Shown here: positions 38,001 to 52,420 of the stretch, piece by piece
Layout of the letters: each line of letters begins with the position of its first letter
Numbering within the stretch: the first letter of the stretch is position 1
Assembly (NCBI RefSeq): GCF_028641065.1
Contig: NC_073389.1
Span: forward strand, 11,470,001-11,534,000
DNA from: Leucoraja erinacea
Lineage: Eukaryota
Length of the DNA stretch: 64,000 nt
Direction: 5' to 3'
Translations under genes and position numbers: made by a program
The notes under the pieces: model-generated
Database searches by the model: none
What the model saw: only the letters and a program-made list of their open reading frames with translations
What the model was told of the DNA's origin: nothing

Positions 38001-39486
38001 CTGAGCAGTAGGCAAAATCAAAATCAACAGCAAAAAAATTAGCATTGAAAAAGTAAATCACATCTCTGTTGTGTTTAATCAACAATAAGAGTTGTTAGTA
38101 ATTGACAAAGAACAGACATCTTCTGTGCCTTTTGCAATATCAAACATATATCTATTACATGGAGAATGTCATGATTTTAAAATTTGTTTCAATTGATTAA
38201 CAAATTGGTAATTATATTAAATGGATACATGAATAGATCACAGTTTTCTAGTGAGATGTATATATTTTATTTTGCTCCCAATACCATGGAAAACAAAAAC
38301 ACATGATTGTTGGAAAAAAAAGTTCAGACTAAAAAGATGGAAAGTGTAGGAAAACAAGTGGAATAACATAGAACGAGTGTGAAGGAGTGATTGATGGTTG
38401 GCTTGGACTCGGTGAGCCGAAGGGCCTGTTTTCATGCTACATCTTTCAATCAATCAATCGATTATAAAAGCAACTGAGAAAAATTTTTAATCTATGGAAT
38501 ATGCAGAAGAAAAAGCTGATAGAAGGAAATTGCTCTTTAGCAAATTAATTAAATGCATAACAGTAGGAATCATTATGAATAGATTTTGTGCGCAAGTATA
38601 AACATCTGTATCTAAGAGATATAAACTATGAAAAGTAAAAGCTCCATCAACTATAAATTGATCATCTGATGCTCCAGGCCACATAAAAATTGTTTCTGCC
38701 TTTTCAATTAAATAAAATTTATGGAAAGGTTTATTACAATAACTTACATTGTGGAATTCTAATAATAAATTGCCATTAACAGTGTTAATATACATGCTCT
38801 TAATCTAAATTTAAAACACCACGTGGACAACCATGTTACACATCAAAGGCCTCTATATTAATGTGTTTAACAGATTATAATCCAAAACCAGATTATAACA
38901 TGCAAGCGACTGCAGGAGCTGGCATCCAGAGCAATAAACAAACTTCACAATTAACTCAGCATCTATGGAGACACGAGGATGATCAACATTTGGTCGTGAC
39001 CCTGCATCAGAACTAAGAGTGCAGAGGGTGCGAGGGAGGGGTGAGACAGGAACTAAATAACAGATGGAAGCTGGTACGGAAGGGTGGTGGGGAGGGGGGA
39101 GGGGGTGGTCTAGAGATATAAATGATTGAGGATAAATGTGCAAGGAAAGCAAAATGCAGATGGCACAAGTCATAGTTCATACCTGCCATTTGTTTGTTAA
39201 TTCCTCCCTTATCTGGTTCCATACACCCATTATCTCTCAATCATCTGATTCCATATATAACCCTACAGCTCTCTACCTTTGCCCCTTCCCTGACCTGTAT
39301 CTATTATCCCTTTCTCTCCACAAATGCTGCTTCACTCGCTGATTTCCTCCAGCAGTATATTGCTTGCAATAGGCCCCAAAATCTGTGATGGAAGCTGGAG
39401 TAACAGACTAAAATAGTTAAAAGTATGTCCAATTTAACACTAAGACACTATTAATATTTTAAAATCAGGCTCTTTATTAGAGATGA

Positions 39487-39526
39487 AGACGGTTCATCTC
39501 AGTTCATGAACTGAGATGAACCGTCT
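39487..39526. repeat. Perfect 40-bp palindrome without spacer
   Basis: AGACGGTTCATCTCAGTTCA|TGAACTGAGATGAACCGTCT. Confidence 0.95.
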
Positions 39527-40056
39527 CTCAGTTCATCAGGAAATGCTCACACAACAGCCTTTATAACTGCATTGTCTACAGGCCAAAAGGAGCAGAGTGT
39601 TCCCATTCAACCTAAAGGAAGTCTTTCAATTTTATTGATCCCAATTTTTCATTCTGCTCTTCTCAATCAGTGAAGCCTTCATTTATTTTGCTCTTCGCAT
39701 AATTATGGGTTCTGCCTTTTTCTACCACCCATTCTAATTTCTCAATCCCTCCATTCCCATGGAAATAAGAAATTGTATTTGAGGGTTGCAGCAATCTGTC
39801 ATTGGTCGTCGCACCTGACAGACAGGCAGCCTTCACGTTTAGCTTGAAGCTAGGTGTGAAATAGAAGAGAAAAACATAGAATGAAATGGTGCTCAGCTTG
39901 GATGAATACCCTTGCATTATCCCAAGTTCTCCACTTCCTTATAAATATTGAGGCCAATGTCTAAATTGCAAATTTCACTTATTGAAAGTTTCATTGGCTC
40001 ATTTTCAATAATTTTGTTTAATACTTATGGAGATAAAAAGGAATTCACATACTTAC

Positions 40057-40155
40057 CAAGGAAATTTTGCAGTAAATCCTTGACCAGTAAGGAAGAACTC
40101 CTTTTACACTTTCAGCGTCCTTCTCTTTGCACATTGTTGCAAACTCTTGCAAAGC
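40057..40155 (-). CDS. LTN1: LTN1 exon 3 ([33 protein letters not shown])
   Basis: Manual translation; TAG| acceptor and |GTAAGT donor; 99 nt. Confidence 0.95.
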
Positions 40156-40619
40156 CTAATAAGTAACAATAAATGAATATTTAATTAGTAACAAGAAAAT
40201 TAGAAACGTCAAACCCTCAAAACATCAAAGAACGATTCTCAGTGCAAATACTTTCAAATATGATTTCATCTCATTTTTTTAAATTAAAGTAGTCGTTAAT
40301 ATGTTGCTTTTTTTTTTTAAATGAGGCAAATAAGAATCCCAGAACATCTTGAAATAGAAAGATTAGTTTTGAATGTTCCAAATTATCTTGTCTACACCTC
40401 ATTTCAATTTAAAAGAATTGATATTGCATTATACCATCAAACAACTAAATATAAAAATATGGTAATATTGCAGAATCTGAAACTGAAACAAAACCCGCAT
40501 CTATAAAATGCCACACAATTTCAGGACCTATAAATTTGTACGTTATTGGCTACAGGATAAGTATTTGCCAGGCCACAACAGAGCTCATGAAGTATTCTAT
40601 TAACAGTACTTGGGATCTT

Positions 40620-41052
40620 CTACATCGATCCATCACTCCTCAACTTAACATTCTACCACGTTGGATCCGCAAAGTGGGGATATTTGCTAATGATCACAGT
40701 GTGGCCAATTCCATATGAAATAAAACCATCTGTACCTGCATGCAGCAAGATCTAGACAACATTCAGGCAAGGGTTGTTAAGTGGTGGCATGCAACGGTCA
40801 TGTCTACCAAGAGAAAGTCCAGTTATTTACCCTTGACTTTCGATGGTATTACAATCGCAGAGTCCCTTGCCATTAACATTTTCAGGGATGAGTAGATCAT
40901 CACTTAGCAAAAACTCATCTGGACCAGGCACATAAATACTATGGCGCCAATAACAAGGAAGAGGCTGCATATCCTACCATGACTCCCTTTACTATGCCAA
41001 AAACCATTTTACATGGTGCAAGTCAAGGGAACAATGAAATACTCTCCATTTG
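40620..41052 (+). mobile_element. Old LINE (CR1/L2 group) RT remnant
   Basis: KVGIFAND (degenerate FADD) followed by MQQDLDNIQA. Confidence 0.6.
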
Positions 41053-41467
41053 CCCAGGCACGGTGACGCAAGGCGGCCTGCGCTGGCAGCTGCTATGGCG
41101 GAGCCGCCAAGCAGCGCCCAGCTCTGGATGTACCGCAGCCTGCGCAAAGCCGCCGGCACGGCCGCGCTCCTTCTGTGTCTGGACTTCACTGTCGGGATCG
41201 GGGTTGTCAATAGGCCGGGGACGAGTGAGTGTGAGTATTTGCGCCACCGCCTTCAGGGCAGAGCCAAGGCAATGGTCCATAGGTACGCCATGTTCGTGAG
41301 CGCCCTTAACTAGGTGGCGTCCTCAAAGGGGCGGAATCTATGTGAACACGTAATTTGATGCCAGCCATCCGAGGCGGGATGCATGTGAACACATGATAGA
41401 TGTGGCCTGCCATCCGCTCACAGACATGCATCCTGGCCCCTATGCAGAACAAGGTTGCCGACCCCTG
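41053..41467. mobile_element. Truncated copy of the hAT MITE at 43134-44297
   Basis: Shares the GC-rich interior and the right end GGTTGCCGACCCCTG. Confidence 0.75.
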
Positions 41468-42068
41468 ATTTAGCTTCTACTAAATTGGAACCAATAATTC
41501 TACATTTTTCAGAACAACAACAAAAAAAAACTGCTGAAGGAATAGAATGGAATACTGGAACTCAGTAGGTCAGGCAGCATCTACAGAGTCAGAGGGATGG
41601 TTGATGGTTTTGGTCAAAACCCTTCATCAAGACATCTGCTGCCTGACTCGTCGAGTTTCTCCAGCAGTTTGATTTTTTGCTCAAGATTACAGCATCTGCA
41701 TTGAAATCAATCATGTCAAAAATATCTCTAATAGCAAAAAAATTGTTGACTTTAACCATTGCATAAATTCTGTCTGTGAGAATTTGGTGCACATTTCAGG
41801 TTACTTTTATTCACCAAATAATATTTCTAATCTTCTCTCTACAGTACTGCAAAATTAATTGTTTCTGTTATCTTAAAATTAAGACAAATATGCACCTGTC
41901 TAGACTCAATAAAAATAAACTGTGCATAAATGCTAGAAATAGTAACCACACCTATTTCTTCTTAAGACTTACACAACTAGAAAATGTACTTAATTGAGTA
42001 AACTTATAATGTGATGCACTGGCATTGATATCTACAGAAAAGAACCAAAATGCAACAATAAAATATAC

Positions 42069-42272
42069 TTTTAATTTTGTCGTTGCATCCCTCTTTGACA
42101 TTTTGCGCAGAACCATTCGGAAATCAGCATCCACCAAACTGTCCACTTCTTCTAATCCTTGGATTGCAGGAACATAAGCCAATTCATTGTGTGTGGCTCC
42201 AAATCCAACAAAGCCTGGAACTGTTCCCTTGTCTTTGGCAAGCAATTCAGCTGCTTTACCACTGCTTGATGG
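42069..42272 (-). CDS. LTN1: LTN1 exon 2 ([13 protein letters not shown]...[14 protein letters not shown])
   Basis: Conserved listerin N-terminal domain; AG/GT flanks; 204 nt, phase 0. Confidence 0.96.
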
Positions 42273-43133
42273 CTGCAAAAAAGGAAATCTAATTAGTCTC
42301 ATGCAGATTTCCTTAAAAGGCAAAATATGCTGGAGAATAATTAAAAAATGCTAATATGATATATGGCACATAGAGTGCTCAGTCACAATGAATATAAAAA
42401 AAGGAGCTGGTATGAAGGAGCATTAATGGCAGCGTAAATCAAGCACAGCTTCGAACACTGTCTTAATTGTGCTGTGCTACAATAGCAGCTGGAAAAGCAT
42501 CTGAGGGATAAACTAAAGGTAGACACAAAATGCTGGAGTAACTCAGCGGGACAGGCAGCATCTCTGGAGAGAAGGAACTGGTGATGTTTCGGGTCGAGAC
42601 CCTTCTTCAGATAAACTACAAAGGGTATTGTCCAGTTCCTGGACTATAGGAAGACACATTGTCCTTGAATTTTAATGTCCCACCAGCAATTTCCCAGTTG
42701 CATTCTACCACTGAACTCATCATTAAGTCCAGGGATGTGACAGATGCTTACTAGAATTTATCAACATTTAATGTCCCACCAGCAATATCTACTCAGACAC
42801 AGGGTCTGTAATCTTATTCTTTGAATGGCATTGTTCAGCAGTAAGGTAACAATTACTGTAGGGGTGGCTACTTTTAATTTTAAAAGTATTTGGATTTGGT
42901 TTAATGTGTTGTAATTATCTGCAAAAGTTTAATATGTTTTAGTGTTTTTAAATTCATAACTTCTGGAATATTTTTAATTATTTTACCAGGTTACCAGGTT
43001 AATTCCCGGGATGGCGGGACTGTCATATGTTGATAGAATGGAGCGGCTGGGCTTGTTTACTCTGGAAATTAGAAGGCATGGAGGGGATCTTATTGAAACA
43101 CATAAGATTATTAAGGGTTTGGACATGCTAGAG

Positions 43134-44297
43134 CAGGGGTCGGTAACCTACGGCCCCCAGGCCAAATGCAGCCCGTAGCCCGAAATCACCCAGCCCGCAG
43201 GCGCATTTTTTTCCCGTAATCATCCGGCCCGCAAACTTCCGTCATCTCCGGTACTTCCCGGGCCCGAGGTCGCGGTACCCAGGTGCGGTGACGCAAGGAG
43301 GCCTGCGCTGGCGGCTGCAATGGCGGAGCCGCCAAGCGCCGACAGAAACGTCATCCATTCCTTCTCTCTCAGCCTGTCCCGCTGAGTTACTCCAGCATTT
43401 TGTGTCTCTGTGGAATATAGACCCCGTGGAGGTGTTGTATGGAATTATATAACTGGTTTGGACTGATGGTGGGATGGAAGAGGTGGAGTGTCTGCTGTCC
43501 ATATGCTTTCTGTAAGAGCAGTCGATTTACTGCCATTGTTTATGTATCTCCCACAACCTGTTTCAGTTCAGATGTTTACCAAAACATAAATTTTTCATAA
43601 ATTGTACAAGACAGTGAAAATAAAAATACTGTGCAATGAAATCAAAACACTACATCAAACAGCCCAAACTTCGGTGCTACCCATTCCACCTTAATCCCTC
43701 TGCCCGCGATGATTTTGAACCAAATCTCCTCTCAGCCTTCGCTCCTTCTAAAAGACATTCTCCAGCATTGCAACCAAAGTTCCAGGTCGCAGAGCTGTTC
43801 TAAGAAATAGACACAACCGAAGAAGGGGCTCGATCTGAAACGTCACCCATTCTTTCCAGCAATTTGCCACTACCTTCAGTGTAAACCAGCATCTGCAGTT
43901 CCTTCCTACAATGTTATAGTAAATCTTTTATGCACTCTCTGCCGTGCTTCCACCCAAAATCCCAGCCTTAATGAAAACAATGTTTTAACGAAGTTCAACA
44001 CAACCTCCTTGCCTTTGTCCCCAGCACCTTCAGTTCCAAACCCGTGCAAATGGTTGGCATTGTTGATACTGCATATTTTGCATAGTGCATATACTGCATA
44101 GTGGAGTATTTTGCTCCGCTCTATGATCTTTGGTCAGTGCTCCGGGTGGTGTCCACGAAGGGGCAGGATCTATGGGAACACGTGATTTGTTGCCTGCCAT
44201 CTGGGGCGGGATCCATGTGTACACGTGATAGATGTGGCCCGCCATCCGCTCAGACATGCGTCCTGACCCCTATGCAGAATAAGATTGCCAACCCTTG
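43134..44297. mobile_element. hAT (Charlie-like) non-autonomous element inserted into a CR1 3' fragment (42990-44860)
   Basis: TIRs CAGGGGTCGGTAACC / GATTGCCAACCCTTG; 8-bp TSD (T/C)GCTAGAG at 43126-43133 and 44298-44305. Confidence 0.85.
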
Positions 44298-45249
44298 CGC
44301 TAGAGGCAGGAAAGATGTTCCCGAAATTGGGGGGAGTCCAGAACCAGGGACCACAATTTATGAATAAGCGGCAAGATATTTAGAACGGAGATGAGGAAAA
44401 ACTTTTTCACACAGAGAGTTGTGAGTCTGTGGAATTCTCTGTCTCAGAGGGCGATGGAGGCTGGTTGTCTGGATGCTTTCAAGAGAGCTAGACAGAGCTC
44501 TTAAATATAGCGGAGTCAAGGGATATGGAGAGAAGACAGTCACGGTGGCACAGAGGTAGAGTTGCTGCTTTGTATGTATGGAGTTTGTACGTTCTCCCCG
44601 TGATCTGCGCGTGTTTTCTCCAAGATCTTCGGTTTCCTCCCACACTCCAAAGACGTACAGGTTTTGTAGGTTAAATTGGCTTGATAAAAATGTAAAATTG
44701 GCCAAGTTGGCAAGAGGACTGCCCTGGCGACTACAAAATTCAGAAGGTTCAGAAGGCAGGAGCGGTGTACTGATTGTGGATGATCAGCCATGATCACATT
44801 GAATGGCAGTGCTGGCTCGAGAGGCCGAATGGCCTACTCCTGCACCTATTGTCCATTTCATCTTTAGCAGTTTTCAATAACTACGAAATTTCAGAAACTT
44901 TCACAAGCACCGAAAAAGCTTGAAGCATTTTGACAGCTTGCATCCTGTTAGCTTTGCAAACGCAAGGTTTTTAAAGAAAGGGCTCTGGCCCTGGCACACC
45001 ACCTAATTAAGTCACTTAAGGTCCACAGCCACATGCTGATGTGGGGTAAATGTTTCTTGCACCCGCTGTTGGTGATGTGTATGCCCCAGAACTTGAAGCT
45101 GTCGACCATCTCTACAGCAACGAATTGTTGATGAAGCCAGATTTGTGTTCACACCACCCCACATGTTTCCTTAAATTGATTAACAACCAACTATTTCATT
45201 TTGCTTGGGGTGGGGGGGGGGATGAGTGTAGATATATACATGATCCCCC

Positions 45250-45800
45250 AACAAGCGCTAACACAGGCCGAACAGCGGGTGTTGGCGTTGGTGCCGCCAG
45301 TTGCTTACCCGCACGTTGCCCTTGGTTCGCTGCTTGTTTTTCCCCCCCATGGCTCGCGCCGCCCGGGCCCGGCTCCGGCTCCCGCTCCGGCTCCGCCACG
45401 GCCTCGCGCGACTTTCGTTACTTTCAAACGTCCACGACACTCCAGGCTCCTCTAGTATATTTGCTCCAGGCCCCTGACACGCTGCGCCTGCGCCAGACAG
45501 ACTGCACTCCGAGCGACCGGCTGGAAACACTCGACCCGAAAATCTGTTCCTAACCTCGTTGTCCCCGCCCGGCGTTATAAGCAAGATTTGGATCTTTGGT
45601 TATAAGTGCGGGCGCATTTGAAGCCCGGGCTGGTGCTGAAAGAAGACCAACTGAAATGTGAAGATGGACACAAAAATATGGAGCAATTCAGCGGGACAGG
45701 AGGCAGCATCTCTGGAGGGAAGGAAGAGGTGACGTGTCGAGACCCTTCGGACTCGTTTGGTCACGTAAAAACCCGTAGTTGCACTAAGCATTATTGCGTT
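45250..45800 (-). promoter_or_regulatory. CpG-island promoter and 5' UTR of LTN1
   Basis: CpG-rich segment around the ATG; NRF1-like TGCGCCTGCGCC at 45483-45494; GAGC(C/G)G hexamer repeats in the 5' UTR. Confidence 0.7.
45309..45350 (-). CDS. LTN1: Listerin E3 ubiquitin ligase, coding exon 1 (MGGKNKQRTKGNVR)
   Basis: Signature LTN1 N-terminus; ATG at 45350 in a CpG island; donor CGG|GTAAGC. Confidence 0.96.
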
Positions 45801-45984
45801 TACTAACCTGTACAGGTGCTGCAAGTTAGAATGTCATTGTTCTATTTTTGGATACATATGACAATTAAACGCTTGACTCGAATTATTGCTGGAATTTATG
45901 TGTTTACATATGCAGTAAATACAAAAATGCTGGGGCAGGCCATTCTTCAAACTGGGACCGAATCCAGTCTGAAACACAGAAACA

Positions 45985-46320
45985 TAGATGTAGTAGGCCC
46001 TTCGATCCAGCACCGCCATTCAATATGATCATGGCTGATCATCTAAAATCAGTACCCCGTTCCTGGTTCCCCACCCATATCCCTTTAGCCCCAAGAGCTA
46101 AATCTAGCTCTCTTGAAAACATCCAGTTAATTAGCCCCCACTGCCTTCTGTGAGCATTCCAGATTCACAGCTCTGGGTGAAGAAGTTTTTCCTCTTCTCA
46201 GTCCTAAATGGCCTACCCTTTATTCTTAAACTGTGACCCCTGGTTCTGGACTCCCCCAACATCGGGAACATGTTTCCTGCATCTAGCTTGTCCAATCCTT
46301 TAAGAATTTTATATATTTCT
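45985..46320 (-). mobile_element. CR1-type LINE 3' end
   Basis: EIYKILKGLDKLDAGNMFPMLGESRTRGHSLRIKGRPFRTE. Confidence 0.85.
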
Positions 46321-47404
46321 GTAAGTTTGAAGTTAGGAACATGGTTAGGGCTAATATAATGACATTGATCTTTCTCAATTGGTAGAATGTGGTTATTGTG
46401 GTCCTGAAGGTAACGGTGGGGACCAAATGTCATATTTCCTAAGTTTAACGATAATATACAGCCAAGTGGGATTGTGAGTAAAAGGATGAGTGCATATAGG
46501 TATATATATATGCACAATATAAACACAAAGAGTGATGGGGAAGAACACTACTGGAATATAATGCAGAAATGTACCCACTTTGATGCACAAAATATGACAA
46601 ATTTTAAAAATGGTGAGAGATGAATATTGTTGATATTCACAAAGGGCCTGATGTCCATGTACACAGGTAATAGAACGCCAATATATTGGCGCAGCAAGAA
46701 ATTGGAAATTGTATGGTAATCTAACCTCTTGTAATAAAAACTAAGTAGAGTATTGTTTAGAAGAATGGAAGGAGGCATACTAAAAACGTTTTAAACAAAT
46801 ACACTGGCTAAGAAAGCTAGAAATAGGTAAACAGAATAAGAGGTGGGACATTGAGATCTGAAAAGAGAAATAAACAAAGTTTTAATAAACTGCACAAATA
46901 ATAACAGTTCAATGTATAAATGAAATTCTACCCTCCTCTCAAGACATTTAGCACCCTGGATTAGTTTCCAGGCTGTCCTCGTACATATTAATTATTAATA
47001 CCACAAATCTAAAGTATTGATTTAAATTGCTATTTCTTTTAATATATCACTTAAAAGTTAATAACTTGTACTGGTCATCAAGTTATTTTAGGATGAGAAA
47101 ATGATTCAGTTATTTTGTAGTTAGTATGTTAGTTATGGGAGGGATTTAGTACAAGAATTGGGAAGATGGTGGTTGGTGGATTGCGAAGGTGAGACTAGAG
47201 AGTGAGAAGTTGCAGTCAGCAGCAAGTTAGCTGGAGCAAACTGCAGGGGAATCTTGTGTTTCAAGCTGACAAGCAATGGTCCAAAACATCACCTATTCCT
47301 TTTCTCCATCTTCATCCTGGATGTATTTCTGTTTGCAACAGCATGCTGTTGCTTCCTTGTCGCACTTTCTCAAGCCCTAAAATATCTGCTTGATAATTAT
47401 TCAT

Positions 47405-47730
47405 TGTTCCCAATGTTGGGCGAGTCCAGAACAGGGGCCACAGTCTTAGAATAAAGGGGAGATTATTTAAGACTGAGGTGAGAAAAAACTTTTTCACCCA
47501 GAGTTGTGAATTTATGGAATTCCCTGCCACAGAGGGCAGTGGAGGCCAAATCACTAGATGGATTCAAGAGAGTTAGATAGAGCTCTCAGGGCTAGTGGAG
47601 TTAAGGGATATGGGGAGAAGGCAGGCACAGGGTATTGATAGGGGACGATCAGCCACGATCACAATGAATGTTGGTGTTGGCTCGAAGGACCGAATGGCCT
47701 CCTCCTGCACCTATTTTCTATGTTTCTATT
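47405..47730 (+). mobile_element. CR1-type LINE 3' end
   Basis: FPMLGESRT...FFTQRVVNLWNSLPQRAVEA and tail TTCTATGTTTCTA. Confidence 0.85.
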
Positions 47731-48631
47731 AATCCAGGTCCCAAATACAGTAGTGAGCCTGATTTGATTATGATAATGAAATGTGGGTAAATATGCTATA
47801 TGTTATACCATAACAGACAAGTCAGGAGGCAATTTCTTGCAATTGCACACTTTTTTCCCATCCTCCATCTGGAAGGGAGATAATGGTGACACATTTCTTC
47901 AGAATCTGGGCTATTACAACTGTTCTAATTATTATTAACAAATGCTGTCCTCACTGGCAGTCAACTGAAGTTTTTATTGGAAAAATATACCATGAATTGT
48001 CACAATTCTCTCATTAAAAATGTTTGTCAAGGAGAGGTTTTCTTCAGCGCTTATAGTTTTCTTTGTCTGCATAATTTCATCACTGTTTCAGTGAGTAGCA
48101 TAAATATTACCTTTAATGGAAATGTCTGATTAAAAGAGGCATAGGATTTTCATTAAAGGATTGCAGCATTTATACAAAAACAAATAAAAGGAACAAAAAA
48201 AAAATGGGAGTACTGTTTATATTCAATTTTTAAGAATTAGATTCCTTTAACAGTTAATTCAATACTTTTTGTAAATCAATTAGAATTCTAACTTGAGAAT
48301 TTGGTTATGCATTGGATTGCAATACATGTATTCCTTGATTCATAAAAGTACATTACACAAATTTTCACCTCCATCAACTTTATATCATGCATGTTCTCGA
48401 TTTACCAAACTATTGTTTATTATAGTGTTAATATCTTTGCGTAGAAATACACTGTAACAAAATATCTACAATGCATTTTGCCCAGCCTCTTCAATTTATG
48501 AATTGTCACTTACTAAAACATTTTTCAGAAATACAAAATGTTTTCAAAATTTATCACATGATAACATGGCATATTTATACAAGGCCTTTTTTACATCCGT
48601 ACACAGGTAAACAATAAGATCCATAAATAGT

Positions 48632-48958
<327 letters not shown>

Positions 48959-49451
48959 TTAAGCATCTGAGCCTATGATAATCAATTGGGATAGGTCTCT
49001 GCCTCGGCTCTTCAACTCTGAGTAAGTTTCAAGTTCAACTCGGGTGCTTGGCATCCACCACTCACCACCTGTCCAATGTACACACGTTCTCCTCCCATGT
49101 CCTGCCCAAAGTTCCAAAGGTTAAGAGTTGATATAATGTTTTTTGAACTTCATATACAACCACGACTGCCATACCTCCATAAACCTCCTCTCTTGTTTTA
49201 ACTGAAAAAAGTCAAATGTAATTTATCATTAACAAATACATGCTTTTATCTATAAACCTATAATTTTCCAAGTGTCAATTAATCTTAATTTGACTTAATA
49301 TGCTTAATTTTCCTGACAGTTGATATTAGGCCGAGAAACAGAGGTATCCTACGCGGAATGATTATAGTCACATATATTTAAACAAAATTTACATTAGGTA
49401 TTATGGACCATAGTGCAGAAGGTTGGTATGCAGATACTGCAAGTAATTAAG

Positions 49452-50125
49452 ATAGGTAAATAAAAATGCTGGAGAAAATCAGCGGGTGAGGCAGCATCTA
49501 TGGAGCAAAGGAAATGGGCAATGTTTCGGGTCGAGACCCTTCTTCAGACTGATGTGAGGGTGGGGGAGGGAAGAAGAAAGCAAGATGCGGGGACAATGTG
49601 CTGAGGGAGAGCTGAGAAGGGGAGGAGAAAGCAGGGACTACCTGAAATTAGAGAAGTCAATGTTCATACCGCTGGGGTGTAAACTGCCCAAGCGAAAAAT
49701 GAGGTGCTGTTCCTCCAATTTACCGTTGTCCTCACTCCGGCCATCGAGGAGGCCCAGGACAGAAACCAACCAACCGCAGAACCAACCAATCCCTGTTTAC
49801 TGATACTCTCCTCCGCCTTACGGAGCTGATCCTTACCCTTAACAACTTTTCGTTTGATTCCTCCCATTTCCTCCAAATGCAAGGCGCAGCTATGGGCACG
49901 CGCATGGGCCCTAGCTATGCCTGCCTCTTGGTAGGTTACGTCGAACAATCTTTGTTCGAGGCTTACCAGGGCCCTATCCCCAAACTTTACCTCCGCTACA
50001 TCGACGACTTCATTGGTGCTACCTCCTGCACCCACACACAACTCACTGAACTTCATCCATTTCACCACTAACTTCCATCCGGCACTCAAATACACTTGGA
50101 CCATTTCCGACATTTCCCTATTATA
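49452..50125. mobile_element. Penelope-like element fragments: terminal repeat and endonuclease end (minus) joined to an RT fragment (plus)
   Basis: QGAAMGTRMGPSYACL...LRYIDDFIG is the PLE RT core; inversion junction near 49765. Confidence 0.85.
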
Positions 50126-50386
50126 GTCCTGACATTTTCCACACACACACACACTTTAAAAAACTATGCTATCATTGTGGAATCCGTTTGAAAAAAATAT
50201 TTAATCTAAATAGCAGTATTTTATTTCTGGAAGGGAGACGAGTACGTAAATGCTAGTTCCCAAAGTTAATTTAATAGTTGCATTCTTAAAACTATATATT
50301 AAAACGAGAATATGTTTATATTTTGTCCTGTGCTCTACTGTCCTTTTTGATTCTTTTTCTGAAGAAACAAAGTATAACAAATATCA

Positions 50387-50803
<417 letters not shown>

Positions 50804-51864
50804 TTATCACATTTAAAGCACTTCAAACCACATAAATAAATCAGGTGTATGCATTCTCTCAAATCAGCTTCCCGCAAAAGAAAGCAGCCTTTTAAACATG
50901 ATTTACATTACAAAGCTTTCCTGTATGGTTGAAGGACATGCTAATGCTGCACATTTATCAACAACTGGAAGAGAATTAAATTAACTCTTTAAAAGAGTTA
51001 TAATTGGAACAGCTGCGAGTAAGAATTTAATTGGTTTATATCTGGGACATATGACAATAAAACACTCTTGACTTGAACTCCTAAAATCCTGTCCTTTGTT
51101 GCCTGCAGGAGATTAATCTGCTACAATTTTTCAGTGGTTAATGGTTTGAGGTTTTATTTCAGAGCAAGCAGTTCTTTTAAAAGCATTCCCAATTGGAATT
51201 ATTGAGTTCTCTGGTAACAAAGGACCTATTCAACTTGTTCAATGGAAACCTGCAAATGCCGAGTTTGTGTAATTTCTCTACAGCAATCAAAAGGGCAATT
51301 ACAGCATTTCTTATCAGCTGTTCCAGTGACGCATCCTCAAGAGTTTCAGTACCTACAAAGTGTTCATATGACAAACATGTCTTGAATTCCACTGTTCCTG
51401 TACTACCAAAGTCAATCTTTTAAGGAAGAGATTGTCAAAACAGTGACAGTGACAACATCTGTCTAATACGTACACTATGCAAAACATTTGAGATTTATTA
51501 TCCTCACCCTCCTCCAATTTCAAATTTTCTTTCACTAATTTAAAGGATATAAAATAGTTAATACCATTAAAAAAAGTTTATACTTTCAAAATATACTGGA
51601 ATGTTATCAGCCTGAGCATTTGCTGAAATGTTCTTATAGATGCCTATTATATTTTGTTAATAATTATGGGTAGGGAAAAATTTAAGCTAATTTGCAGGAT
51701 GGTGAGTAATCAAAATCATGCTTCACTGCAATCTAATTAACTAGTCTGTGGTACAATAAATATGGTCAGAATGTATCCAGCCATGGATCTGTGTCCTTTA
51801 CTTATCATTCCCAAGAGTTCATGCTTTCAACTGTGCCCTTCATTGAGAACTCCAGGGGTCATGT

Positions 51865-52420
51865 TCAAGTCAAGTCAAGTTTATTCGTCACATACACATA
51901 CAAGATGTGCAGTGAAATGAAAAGTGGCAATGCTCGCGGACTTTGTGCAAAAAGACAAACAAACAACCAACCAAACAAACTACAAACAGAATGGAACAGA
52001 ATCACATATTCTTTTACATATTAAATATTGTGGGCAGAAGGAAAAAGGGAAAAGAACAGCAATTTAAAAAAAAAACCAGTAGAGTGGCACAGTAAAAGTT
52101 AGTCCCTGGTGAGATAGGAGTTTACAGTCCTAATGGCCTCTGGGAAGAAACTCCTTCTCAACCTCTCCGCTCTCACAGCATGGCAACGTAGGTGTTTGCC
52201 TGACAGTAGCAGCTGGAACATCCAGCAGGGGTGGAAGGGGTCCCCCATGATTTTATTGGCTCTGGAGTTGCACCTCCTGATGTATAGCTCCTGCAGGGGG
52301 GCGAGTGAAGTTCCCATAGTGCGTTCGGCCGAACGAACTACTCTCTGCAGAGCCTTCTTGTCCTGGGCAGAGCAATTCCCAAACCAGATGGTAATATTTC
52401 CGGACAAGATGCTTTTCACA
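51865..52420 (-). mobile_element. Rex1/Babar-like LINE 3' end
   Basis: SILSGNITIWFGNCSAQDKKALQRVVRSAERTMG...RLRRSFFPEAIR; (CTTGA)n tail. Confidence 0.85.

Noticed and set aside
42670-42786. 20-bp direct repeat TTTAATGTCCCACCAGCAAT spaced ~96 bp apart
   Set aside because: Only two copies; a local duplication or TSD-like scar, not an array such as CRISPR, and the context is eukaryotic.
45351-45584. In-frame N-terminal extension of LTN1
   Set aside because: The frame is open but has no upstream ATG and runs through GC-rich promoter/UTR repeats.
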